From NCBI GenBank assembly GCA_977017645.1, contig OZ360222.1, forward strand, positions 81,468,001-81,532,000: 64,000 nucleotides of DNA. Direction: 5' to 3'. Of the stretch, positions 47,501 to 60,518 are shown piece by piece (position 1 is the first letter of the stretch; each line of letters begins with the position of its first letter). Made by a program: the position numbers and the translations under genes. The notes below the pieces were generated by a model that saw nothing but the letters and a program-made list of their open reading frames with translations, had not been told where the DNA came from and searched no databases. Source of the DNA: Torpedo marmorata (Eukaryota).

Positions 47501-50105
47501 TGTCAACCAATCATTGTTGCTTCCCAACCAACCCACTCCATTCAAATCTGTTTAGAATTGGAAGGCTTTCCATAACTGGGCCATCAGCCCAGCTGTAAAG
47601 GCAGTACATTTGGGATCATAGGTGTCCACTTTTGAATCACTGGTGACATTGCTGAGCATGACACTATCCATTGAGGTTGCAGGTATTTCGACAAACTTAA
47701 TTCGTAACCAACATTTTTTAACTGTGTTTCTTCATGTGAGTAAAATGCTGAGGGAGGTTGGGTGGGGGATAAGTATTTGAACAGTTGGTTACTTCATGAA
47801 CATTGTTCCTTCCTCAAAATAAAACTAGGGAAAGAGGTTCTTATATTTATTTCACCTGCATCCCTCTCTTATCAGTGCTGAGATTTTGAAACTGTGACTG
47901 GTGTGTTTTAATATCAAAAGGTTAGATTCCATTTTCTTCTGCTCCTGTAAAACAAAAAAAAAGGTGTGAGATGACTGCTGTATGAAAGGCAAAATAAGCA
48001 ATGAATGAATGCTTCAGGGAAGTGAAAATGGATTTTTTTTTCCATGAAAACCTTGATTTTCTTCCAGTGCAATAAATTCTCATCTTACCCTTTATCACTT
48101 TGTTAAAAAAATAAAAAAATAATTTGAATTTATAGAAATTATAACACTTCTGATTTAGATTATTGAACATGACTGCATTCTACAAACTGGCAAGTAAAAT
48201 ATATAAAGATTTGTGAACTTTATTGTAAGTGATGGGAAGCAGGTTGACTATTTGATATCTTTCGATCAACTGAAAGAAGGTGTATAATTGTTACAGCAAA
48301 AATTCAGTAGAAGGGACACTGTGAGAAAGGAAAAGATATATAGTGTGTATGTGCGTGTGCATGTGTGTGTGTGTCAGGATTAGTAAAATTCAAGAAGCAA
48401 TGGAATTTTACAACAGTTTCTTAATCAAATCACAGTGGTTTATATTGGATTTGTGAGGATATTGCAAAGAATATTTTAAGCTATATTTTAATTTGCTATT
48501 CTTTAGAGTCTGCACAAATTTATGCTGAAATTCTTCAAGCCTTTGATACAATTTCTTCCACTATAATTTGTTCTTGTTTCACTGGGTTTTCAATGTGCAA
48601 TGAAAAGTGAAATGAACATGGCAGCTATGATACCAGTCTATCATTAAAAAAGTGCTCAAAGAATTTACCTTCTCTGGTATGCTGCATGATTTAATGGCAA
48701 ATATACAGATTGCTGCAGTCTTATGATTTACTTTTATGATGCATAAGGCATCATAAAAGCTTTGTAACATTTCAATCAGCATTTGGGCAGAAAAAAAACT
48801 AAAAACAATCTAAAAATAAATTTGATAATTATTCTCAAATGATTGCTCTAATTCCCAATAAGCAGAAAGTATATCTTGGCATGCACCAAAATTGGCAAAT
48901 TATTATCTTTAATGCTTTCAATGTTCATTTGACCCTTTTAAATTTATCCTTTTCAGACAACATGTTAGCTCCATTATAGCAAATATAGTTTGCTTTATTG
49001 TATTTCAATGGCCATTTTCTTGCCAGTAGAGTAAAAGACTGTTGTTAAGAAGATTGTGTGACACAATGTCAAATTCTGATGAGTAGTTGCAGTATGAAGC
49101 TTACAGTTTTCCTTCTTAACTCTTCTTGTTGCGATATCTGCAGTCTGCCATTTTTAACTCCCTGATCTCCAACAGATCCCTTCTATAATGTTTATTAGTA
49201 GAAAATTCTACTTTCTGCCATATATTATAGAAACTCCACCTCCGTGGTGGTAAGTTAGAATCTAAATACACTAATTAAAAAGAAAAAATATTGAATTTCT
49301 CGAACAGCACAGATTCCATTTTGTTCCCCAATCTCACAGCCTGAATTTCCTTTTGACTAAACTCAAGATTTTAATCCTTACCTGTAGAAATTTCAAGCAT
49401 AGTTGTAAAATGCCATTCTTCACAAATAAAAAGAGAAACATCTCTCCTCACCACGATGCCCTAATGCAATGATGATATGTTTGCTCCAGCAGCTGACAAG
49501 CTATTGTATCATTTAGATTCCATAATGACACCTTGTCACACTGAAATGGTCATGTTTTCCAAATCATATATTACAGTGTTGATTTCTGACATACTGTATC
49601 ATCTCGATGTGCTTTTTTCACCTTGTTCCATGTTGTATACATTTTGGTACCATTTTCCTTTTGACCGATCCAGATTTTGGTACTTTGTGTGGAGAGTACA
49701 ATTAGTTCGGGCAGGAAAGTGAATTACAATGTGTTCTTCAAAACAGAAAAGTTAGCAACATAACTGGGTTCTTTCACAAGAGCACAAAAGAATTACAGTA
49801 ATCACTTTCCAAACTGGTAATCTAAAATTTAGAGAAGGCTGCTCCTTCAGTTTGTAGAATGTTTTCAGAGGAGAAAGAAACGATGAGAGGGAAAAGAAAA
49901 TTGAATTAGAATAATGATTTTAAAAATATTCAGTTCAGATAAAATAACAAGTTCAAAATGAGTTTCAATTCTTTTCTATTGTAAGCATTAATATTTTGAA
50001 TTTATTTTCAAAAATTAGTAACTCAGGATTTTTTTTTTTTTTGCATAAGACTAATGATGTGTTGAACCCAATTGCCAACTTTTCTCCAGGAGAGTTCAGT
50101 TGAGA

Positions 50106-50228
50106 TAAAAGTAAAAACGCAATGCTGGAGAAACTCAGCAAGTCAAACAGTGTACTTTATATAGCAAAGTTAAAGATACATAATCAATGTTTCGGGCTTG
50201 AGCCCTTCATCAAGGTATCAAGGCATCA
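50106..50228 (-). mobile_element. 123-bp Penelope-like insertion with a hammerhead motif and a 13-bp TSD
   Basis: Perfect TSD AGTTCAGTTGAGA at 50093-50105 and 50229-50241. Minus strand 50216->50183 reads ACC-TTGATGA-A-GGGC-TCAA-GCCC-GAAA-CATT-GAT. Confidence 0.85.
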
Positions 50229-52705
50229 AGTTCAGTTGAGAAATTGCACAACAATTTTTTTTTAATAAAGCACATTGTTGTCTGGAACTTGTAATTTATA
50301 AGCAAGAAATTCAAGTATGCTGAATCTTGTTACTTTCCATGTGCAAGTGAGGATTGGAAATTGATGCACCTATTATCATTTCCACAGTGGCAATTACATT
50401 GAACGGTTTGTAAGCAGAAGCTAAGTATATGAACAAAGGAATTACTTGCATGCAAGCTTGACAATATTCAAATAATTTTAACAAAATGTAATATAATCGG
50501 TGTCGAGTTTAATGGTTTATCCATGTTAACAAATATGGTGCCATATTTTTGGTGCCTTTATATTCTTTTGATATGAACAAATAAGAGGAACTTTTATCCT
50601 ATTTGTCTTTCTCATAATGGATGATTTGCTGCCTTAGAAGGTGTCATAGTCGGCATCATAGGGTTCTGTGTGAGCTTTGGAAATCACTGGAGTGCAATGA
50701 ATTGAGTGATGTCATTTTCTCCCTTCAAAGCCCAACAAAGAAGTAACAAAACTCACTTAGCTGAGGCAGGACTATTCAAGTCCAAGTACTGACCATCTCT
50801 TCAGTTGGTGATCTGCAGGTTAAAGGACAGATGCTGCAATGCTTCAGCTTCAAAAGTGTCCTGAAAATATGACTGTGATACTCTTAGATGTTTGTTCATA
50901 ATACTCCAGAATGGATAAGCTTCGCACAATGCACCTAAATCCAGAGAAGGGTCCATTCCAAGTAGCTTATGAAACCTGCAGTGCAGTAAATATGTTAAAG
51001 GAATGTCCTAAGTAGGCAGAAATCTTTGGTTTGATCCAGAAATTGTCAAGAAGTGGTGGGAGTAATGCACAGATCACTATTAGGAATTTCAGTTTGTTTT
51101 ACAATTTCCCACTATAAAATACCTGCAGATTTACTTTACTTTGGAGGCAGAATGAGTCAGCTACCTGAAGGTAGATGCATTCACATGGTCATGCAGGAGA
51201 CTGCAAGCAATTGAAGGAAATAAATGGAAAAATTAATGCCTATACTTTGCTATGAGCTCAATGAATTCAGTGAATTAATTGGTATAAAAAAGGCTGGAAA
51301 CATACTAATTCTTTTTGACTGCTAAGATTCCAGCTTCCTACTTTATAGTTGCTTAATTGCATTTGGTCATTCATTTGACAACATTTTTTTATAAAAATTG
51401 TCTTCAACAGATTATTAGTTATCTTTTCCTGTCTTAACAGTGCACCATGCATTTCTCTTTGTTATTTAAGGAAGGGGTTAAAGTAACTGTTCTTTTTGTT
51501 CAGCTCTGTATAGTTTCTGAGACATTCTTTACCAGATTGTACAAATCAAGGACCTTGCCTGCAACAAATTTTCCTTGCAGCCAGTGCTGTTAATGAGAGC
51601 AGTAATTAATTGATATCTCTCCCATCCCTTGACTACCACTCGGGGCAAAGAGTGGGGATTAAATTTTTCCCAAGTCAACATTAGAGAGAGCTGTATGTGC
51701 ATTGACTTACAACAGCTCTGTGAATTCCTCTAATTTAGAGTACTTACTCTTCCACTTATTACATTGTAATTACTGCTCTCCAATACATTATGTTCACAGG
51801 CTTCAGTTGGAAATTATTAGTGCACTCTCCCTCTCTCCCCTTGAAATTCCATGGCACTATTAATGTAGGACTGGAACGTGCACAACTATCTATAAATTCA
51901 GTTGTCAGGTGCTAGTTTTTATTCTGATCTGCAGTTGAATTTAAAATTAGAGGCACTAAAACTCACATTAACAGCAAGAGCAATGGAATTCTAAAAACTA
52001 TATTTAACAAAGAAAACCTTTTCTGTCAGAAAATAGCTATTTGGGAGGTTATGATCTTATCCTTTTGAGGGTGAAGAATTGACTTCTATCCATTTTGTGC
52101 TGCAGTGCAAAATTTGATATCACTCTGCACTGGAGACAAAGATTTGGTTGTGTTTTTCAAATGGGGCTCAATTTGTGTCAATTGAAAAATTGTTAAATCA
52201 ATCTTTGGGGATTTTTGACTTTGTACTTTTTCTGTTATAAGTTATCTATTAGCATTTTGAATTTAAATCTCAACATGTTAACTGCAGTCATTGCTTCTAA
52301 TCTCTCCGTGCCAATTTTACCCAGTATATAAATATTTTTTAAAAATTGTCAGACTTTTTTTAAATAATCCAGGAAAGATTATATGCAGATAACCATCTCT
52401 TTTTTTTAACATGTTCTGTAACGAATGTTAGAACTTGTTCCCAGGGTAGAATTTGAGGAGGAGAAATGATCTTGAGAGGGAATAGTTTTGTAGATTGTTT
52501 ATTTTCTTTCTCCCACACAACCCCCTCCCCTGCTTTATGTTTTGTTTACCACCTGTCTCCAGTTTTGATAAACCTCTGTCATGCCCTTATGCTGATTATG
52601 TTCGTGTAGAACAACTTGTATTGACTAACGAATGAATGATGCCTAGTCCCTTGCCTATCAGAAAGGCCCTAAAGAATGTTGTTTTTAATTCAATGCTTTT
52701 CACAG

Positions 52706-53118
52706 GCTTCTCTGCAGAATGTCAGCCAAGGATCGACACATTGATTCGAGCTGCTCATCATACATTAAGACAGAGCCGTCCAGCCCTGCCTCACTGACAG
52801 ATAGTATCAATCACCACAGTCCAGGTGGCTCGTCGGACGCCAGTGGGAGCTACAGCTCCACAATGAATGGACACCAGAATGGCCTGGACTCACCCCCACT
52901 CTACACGACGACTACCCTGGGCACGAACGGCAGCTCCCGTAAACGATATGATGACTGTTCGAGCACTATAGCCGAAGACTCGCAGACCAAGTGCGAGTAC
53001 ATGTTGAACTCCATGCCCAAAAGGTTATGTTTGGTCTGCGGTGACATAGCATCAGGATATCATTATGGTGTTGCTTCATGTGAGGCATGCAAAGCATTCT
53101 TCAAGCGCACTATACAAG
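52706..53118 (+). CDS. ESRRG: ESRRG coding exon 2 (AF-1 region and first C4 zinc finger)
   Basis: Acceptor TTTTCACAG|G, donor CAAG|GTAATA, 413 nt. Encodes [27 protein letters not shown]...[12 protein letters not shown]...[33 protein letters not shown], with the ERR P-box CEACKA and the IKTEPSSP phospho-SUMO motif. ATG 52719 is the short-isoform start. Confidence 0.98.
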
Positions 53119-53407
53119 GTAATAGCTCCTTTATATTTCATCATGTATCTGTACAATTTATGCCATAAAGGCAAAACTTATATAATAGACATAGCCACTG
53201 TTGTGTACTCTTAGTTTTAAATGATTCAGTCAGCTTCTTTTTGATTAACTGATAAGTTAAATGAGATGTGGTTATCAGCTGATAAAATAACATTTGAATT
53301 CGTAAGTTACCTGAAGAAAAAGCTCATGTAAAAATCAAGCTTGGTTTTAAGAACTTTTCACAGACAATGCAAAGAGGTAAGCAGTTGTGTCTGCCAGATA
53401 ATTTCAA

Positions 53408-53740
53408 ACACAGGTGATTTGGCCCATTGGGTCTATAGCGGCACTCAGAGAAATCCCATCAATCCCATTCCTCCACTTCTACCTATTCTCTCATAAGCCA
53501 TAACAACCTGATTTTCCTACCTCTCCTCGAGACAAGGGATAATTTACAGTTGCCAATTACCTAGCAACATGAACATCTTTAAAGTGTGGGAGGAAAAGGG
53601 AATACTAAGGGGGGGGGGAAACTCTACAGACACAGGGAGAACATGCAAACTCCACACAGACATCATCCAAGGCCAGGTCAAATCCATAGCTCTGTAGCTG
53701 TGAGACAACTGTACAAACTGCTGCGCACTTTGCTGTCCTA
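53408..53740 (-). mobile_element. Old diverged V-SINE in ESRRG intron 2
   Basis: GTGTGGGAGGAAA...ACAGGGAGAACATGCAAACTCCACACAGACA core. Confidence 0.7.
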
Positions 53741-53926
53741 CTGTGCTGTTAACTCATTTTAGTCTTTTCCACTCTCTTCAACAGGGATCTAATTGTTTGT
53801 AATTCATTCAGAATGAAAAAATTACATGGATGTTCTGAAAGTTGCCTTATATCAACAATCCCTTGTGTAAATCTGAAAGAAAAGCAGGATATTTTTAAAG
53901 ATTTTTATTATACCTCCCACATTGGC

Positions 53927-54000
53927 AATAATAATAATGATTTATTGTCATATACATTGTACAATGTACATAATCACCAAAATTCTTACTTTCTGCAGCC
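53927..54000 (-). mobile_element. Short LINE-type 3' tail fragment
   Basis: The minus-strand end ATGACAATAAATC(ATT)n is similar to the tail at 447-520. Confidence 0.5.
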
Positions 54001-55893
54001 GAGCGGGTACTCTGTAAAAAAAAAACATTACAATTGTATATATAATTGAATTAAAAAGGAAAAATAAGTACAAAAACATACAAAGGGCAATGTTCGTTTA
54101 CCATTATTTGCTCATTATAATTATTCAGGCTCTGGCAAAAAATGGCCAGGTGATAGTAGCTCTAAAAACTATGTTATTTGTTTTTGTTTTAAAAGCTCAG
54201 GTTTTGACTAATTTAAGGTGAATTATGATCTAAATTAAATACCTTAATTTTGTCATGGAACATGGAGATTGATTTAACATCTAAAATGAAATGAATAGTT
54301 TCTGTGAATGATATTAATAACCAGTTAATGAAGCATATAGTCACTGATAAAAGTGACAGGAGATCAAAACTTGAAAATAATTTTGACAAAACATTTCTCA
54401 TCTTTTTCCAAGAAGTAAATGCCTCTATTAGCAATAATGACCTACTTCAATGCATCTGTATGTATACCATGTGTGGAAAGTATTCATATAAATTGTAGAG
54501 ACAATAAAAATATCAAAAGATAAAAGATAAGTTAGATCCAACAGAAGCCTGGTTTTGAATGGCTTAGGTTCAGCTGATATCATCTATAAAATGATAGTTA
54601 TTTTGGAATGAAATAATATTTTTTGTTTAGATTAAGGTATGATGAGTTATGTCTAAGAAAATAGAAGCTTTCCATTTGAGCACAACATTCTGAGTTCTAC
54701 TTAAAACTTGGAGTACATGTGGTGCTAAACCAATCTCCTGTCATACCTGCATCTATTACATTACTGAAACCATTTAATTTCTAAGAGCTTCTGCAGGTAA
54801 TTAGGTTATAATGGATTCAGAATTTGGTTACTGACTCTGTTTGTGGGTCTGCAATTCCTGGTTCATTCAGCATCAATGGCTGCTGTCCTTAATGACACTG
54901 ACCTGATAGATGTACATTCATTGCCCCATATGCTATATTATGTTCAGCAATCACTGTTTTCATTCATGTGGCTGTGAAGACACTTTTTCAGCAAGTTACA
55001 GATTACATTTAGCAATAAATGTTTCCATAAATGGACCCCAGTAGTTTTTTAAAAATTTTTAATATCTTCCACTCAGCAAATACGGACAAGACCAAGAGAG
55101 CATTTTATTCAAAAAATTTTAAACTCTGAGCCATATGTTCAATTTTCTGCCACCAAAGTTACTGGTCTCTGTTCTAATAAATATGAATGCATGGTTAGAA
55201 AGTTATTCTTTTTGTATATATAAACATAATTTGGAATTTCAGCAATCATTTTTTCTTTCCTAAAGTAGAGATTATATAATGTCTCATCTTGAATGCAAGC
55301 TAAATTATAATCTCCGTGAAGCAATTGGCTGAAAGGAGTTTATGTGCGAATAGATTTCTTTCCCAGACCAGTTGTTTTACACAAGGTTTTGCATTGAGTG
55401 AGGAATTTTTAGTATTTAGTCTCTTAGTGTTCCACTAATCTGTTATTTAATGAGGAAGCGTCGGCTCAGAGAAGGGTAGTCAATATAAATCAGTGTTTAC
55501 AAAGTGTGATTAACTCTGAAATATTTCACCAGAGCTGCTGTCCCAGGTGGATGTAGTGATAATTACAGGGAGTTGCATATGTTTCCAGGGGAATGTGATG
55601 GACCCTGAGTGCAGCTAACATGAAGTATCAAGGTTACAATTATACTCACTGCCAACCTGCCTTGTCTGCACTAGCAATTTATGCACTCTGTGCGATGACC
55701 CTCCTCTCCAGAGGACAATAAACAAAATGCATTTTCATTAAGACACTAATGTATTTAACCACAGAGGACGAGAGATGGTTGGGGAGGAGGGTAAGGAGGA
55801 GAGCAAAGAGATGGAGAAAGATGTGGAACTGATCTAAGAAATCATCAGTTATATTATCTTGAAGTGAAATGCTTTATCAGAATTTTTCCATGA

Positions 55894-56121
<228 letters not shown>

Positions 56122-57747
56122 TAGAAAAGTAAGGAAAATCCTTTTAAAATACATTGCAAAATATAGTGTAAATGTAAATTGCGATCCATATAATCATTTT
56201 TATGCAACTGGAATGACCTAAACACTCATTAAGATTAATGCCAATATTGTATTGACAAATCTGCATAGATAGGTTAAATAAATATATAACTGTTTTATAT
56301 TATTGCACTGTGGTACATACCAAGCTGATTTTATAAATCGTATCAAACTTATTTCATGACATTCAGTGTTTTAAATTTAATTCTGAGTGGCGTTTTCTGA
56401 CTTATCACTGCAAGTAATGTGTGAAATGAAATGTAAAGATATAATTAATTATGGTTGTTGTCTATAGTGGTCAGCAATTTCAGCAAAGTATTGTTATTAT
56501 TTCAACAAAAGGATTTATGAAGGCCATCTCTGAGATTTTCTCTGTACATATATTTAAGTTTTGAAACTAAGTCAATAGAGAAGCATTGAGTTAAACATTC
56601 TTCTTCTGATTACAAAAGTTCAAATTCCAAAGTTCCATTTCAACAAGAATATAATTTCATCAGAGTCACTAAGTAGAAGATTACATGAAAATGAGAGATT
56701 CAATCTTAAACTCATGGGAGGTGGGAAGATGTTGTGGGGGATTCTGTGTGGATTCCCCTGGTTTAATCATATTTTTTATTACATGCTCGCAAAACTGTGT
56801 GTGTTTGTCACAACCATTGACAGCTCCCGCTTTCTAGTTATCTCAGAATATATGTTCCTGAAGAGTTCAAAAAAAACAAGCAAAAATAGAAAGAAAATAT
56901 TTGGAAAAACAATTTCAAATTTAAAGACGCAGAATATTTAAATAAATAGCGCATGAAAGTTGGAAAGATTTCTGCATTTTATGTAGGAGTGGGAAGACTG
57001 ACCTCTCCAAGAGGAACACTCATGGTACTTTGTAATTAAATGTTAATAGTAATGGCTCTTGAAAGAGAGAGAATCTCCTTTATCACCTTCCACTAGACTG
57101 CATTTTAAAACCTCCACAAATCAAATGCACATGACCTACCTTTACAAATGTGGCCATCTTTCACAGAATAAATAAATAAGAAATTGAGCTAATCCAGTTC
57201 AGATACCACATTGAACTGAGAAGATAGGTCATTTTACAACATAATTCAATTTATTAATGTATCTTGAAATGTTTAATGTCAAGAATTTGCAAAACAAAAA
57301 TGTTGTGATATGCTGACACAGCTAAAGGAACACTGTCATTGTAATGTCATTGTTACACTGATCTCTGCGTCAAGGCTTTCTCTGTGTTGCAACCGAAAGT
57401 GTAGCTCTCAAAGTTAGAAACATGCATAAAGCTAATTCCAAAACTAAATACTGATCATTTTACTTTAAATCAAACACACCTTAAGTATGGTGAAAAACAT
57501 TCTGATTCACATCATCTTATTTCGAATTAATAGAAAATATGATATTAAAAGCAAGATTTATACACATTAAATTTTGCAATACTGCCCCAGCACACCCACC
57601 TCTCAATTTCTTTTTCTATCCCCAAACTTTATAAAAATAAGTAATCAAGCATCATAATTGGGTGCTTTGTACCTGCATGGTGCCAGTATTGTATCAGCAG
57701 GTGTAAAACAAGTCCTTTGGCATTCCCTTCAGACACATAAAATTTCT

Positions 57748-58144
57748 TTTTTTTTGGAATATTTTATTTTAAATTTTAAAATTTCACACAGTAATACATA
57801 CATGAATAATATACATTGCTAATTTCAGAAAAATCTTTTATAATAATATTTGTATTACATAGTGTATCTACCCCTTCCCTTAACCCTCTCCCCCAAACCC
57901 TTATAACATTTTTCAAACAATTCAAATTAAAATTATTACTTAATATTTCTAATCCCACCCTCCACCATTCCCTCCCCTTAAATTCCCTCCCCTTCCTAAA
58001 AACTAAAAAAGAAAAAAGAAAGTAATATAATATTACTTATAAAAGACATCTATATGGATCGCCCGGGCATTCACAGTTCAACACAAGGTTTTCAACAGTA
58101 TTTTTATTATTTAAATTTGAGAGAGTCAGCAAGGCCTAGGATGT
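57748..58144 (-). mobile_element. Poly(A)-tailed retroposed 3' fragment (probably an L1-clade 3'UTR) with a 16-bp TSD
   Basis: Perfect TSD GACACATAAAATTTCT at 57732-57747 and 58145-58160. A T-run and TTTATT at the left end correspond to polyA and AATAAA on the minus strand. Confidence 0.85.
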
Positions 58145-60415
58145 GACACATAAAATTTCTGATGCAGTATGTTCAATATACAGCATTTCATATACCTTTC
58201 CTTTTGCAAAAAAAATCAACCCAGTCGTGGAAACGGTTGCTTCTATTCTTGCAATATTGCAGGATAGAACACCTTTGGTAGCTGCTGTTTCTTTGCATCT
58301 GCCACAATCTCTGCCGTTACAGCAAAAACACATTATGCAGGCTTGTTTTAAATGTTTTAACATTTGCTTATGTGCAAGAGTTTAGATGACAGCTCAGTAA
58401 TTGATAAGGGAAGTTGGAGACAGGCCTGACGGATGTTGTGCTGGTTTTGATATGGCATCTTTCCCCATGAGCCTTCAGACAAATAGCAGCCTTTTGTTCT
58501 ACTCCCAGCCACCCATATACACATATATCAATATGGCACTCCCATTTGTTGTGATGTGGCTGAATTTGATACTGGGGTCCTTCCTCACACTGGAAATACT
58601 GCTTCAAATAGGCAATTAGGACATCCACAATGGAAATCTTGAAAACTCTGTAGCCTAATGAAGCACAAATTTGGATGTAGAACATGAAGGTATTTGAAGT
58701 TTGGATTGCCCTCTGGGAAGAGGAGTGCCGTTGGGAGCAATCATACTGCATGGATACTCCTCCTTTATATTTTTTTATGAACTGCTTTCAGATATTGGTT
58801 TTGTTTCACAGTGACAAGGAAGAGAATCTGCACTATCTTGTCATGTTAATGCCAGCACGTGTTATTGCAGTGGCTGCTAAGTTCATTTGCCAATGCTTAA
58901 ATCTGTTGCTTGATAGAAGAACTGTGGTGTTCCTTTAATATTCATCTACTGTTTCTTCCTCGCCCCATCTGCTTGTGGAGAGTGGTTGTGGATCAGCTCG
59001 TCCGCAGGTACAGGTTTCACAAGAGGTAACTACAGCCTGGCTGCCAAAGCAAGCCCACTGAGAGCAGCTGTCTAGCCTTCCCCTATTGCACTTTACCCTC
59101 TGTGGGCCCTCTGAATCTTTCTGGCTCGAGACATAAATCATCATCCTGTCACTAGCTCTTGGTTTTTATATTATGCAATGCCTAAATTCATGTAAAGATG
59201 CAGAACACGAAGATAGATAATGACTTAACACAAAAGGATTCTTCTTAGGCATTTTAATAATATTACTTCTTTATTTTGCAAAACCTACAGTTAGGCGCAG
59301 TATCATAATTACTGAAGCTAATTGAAGCAATTAATTTATAAACTAATAATTGCACTTTTGCAATTCTAGACCATATGAATCCAAGCATGTTAATATTACT
59401 GTATGCCTGCATGGTTGGTAGGTACATTATATTTAAAAATAATTCAAACACTTCTGTGGTAATTTTCATCCTATACATTGAGCGGACATCCAGGAAGTGG
59501 ACAGTTGAATTGGTAAGGTGACTTAATTACTTTCCCAGTCCCACACCCCAGATTCAACCTGTAGAGCTGATCAGACAGCAAAGAATGGTTCCTGATCAGC
59601 TGATGGGACCTTCAAACTTTGATTATGTCATTTCGCCTGGGCTAAATTTTCAACGGCTGTGCCAAGTGAAGACAGCAAGGAGATGATCCTGAGCCCAAAT
59701 AGGTATATTTTCTGTTTACTTTCTCTGTTGATCCAGGAACAGTGGGTGCAATCAAGGCGTCTCCTTTGCTATATAGGAAATAAATTCACCCAATTAAATC
59801 GGCTAAAGTTAGCAGAGTAGAGTACTCAGTTTGCATTCCATCCTTCCTGAGTAAAATCAGAGCTGTTGTGAGCAGTTTAGGGGCTGTATCATTTTTTATG
59901 CCTCTATCACATGCATTGTTGAAACAGAGCATTCAAAAATGCAGCTGGGGTCATTCAGATAACATTTTAAAGAATGAATGCAATTCTTGGTTCAACTTGG
60001 TAGAAGCTAAGCCTCTATGTTAGATAACATTTTTCTGTTAGTCTACATTACCAAACATCCATAATCTCCATTACACTAAAATGGCATTTCAAATCTGTAC
60101 TTTAGAAGTTTCTTGGAAGCACAGCCTCCAAAATCTCACTTTAATGTGATAAACCATTAGCCATAAATAGATTCTGATAATATCAATCTGCTGAGAAAAG
60201 AATGCAGATCAAGATATTACAGTTATAAACTGAGAGAAGGAACATTTTAATTTTTCTGGTCAACTTTACTTCACTTTTTAAAATTATTTTTTCCATAAGG
60301 TTTAACAATGCCCACATAATGGGGCTGAACTCCTCAAAATGGCTGGGTTGCAGCAAAGAAAATCTGATGGTTGAAAGTGGGTGAAGGACACTGAGCTACT
60401 TAATTAATGAGGGAA

Positions 60416-60517
60416 AAAACACAAAAGCTGGAGAACTCAGCAGGTCAAACAGTGTCTTTTATGTAGCAAAGGAAGAAATACATAACCGACGTTTCGGGCT
60501 TGAGCCCTTCTTCAAAG
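60416..60517 (-). mobile_element. ~102-bp Penelope-like insertion with a 15-bp TSD
   Basis: TSD TAATT(A/C)ATGAGGGAA at 60401-60415 and 60518-60532 (14/15). Same family as 50106-50228. Confidence 0.85.
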
Positions 60518-60518
60518 T
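60485..60518 (-). ncRNA. Minimal type-I hammerhead ribozyme-like motif (best-preserved copy)
   Basis: Minus strand reads ACU-UUGAAGA-A-GGGC-UCAA-GCCC-GAAA-CG-UC-GGU: stem I ACU/GGU, perfect 4-bp stem II, GAAA, palindromic ACGU in place of helix III, GUC cleavage triplet. C3 is replaced by U. Activity is untested. Confidence 0.6.

Noticed and set aside
53119-53168. C-terminal part of ORF 52719-53168 ([15 protein letters not shown])
   Set aside because: This is intron read-through past the donor at 53118/53119; the real protein continues in exon 55922-56038.
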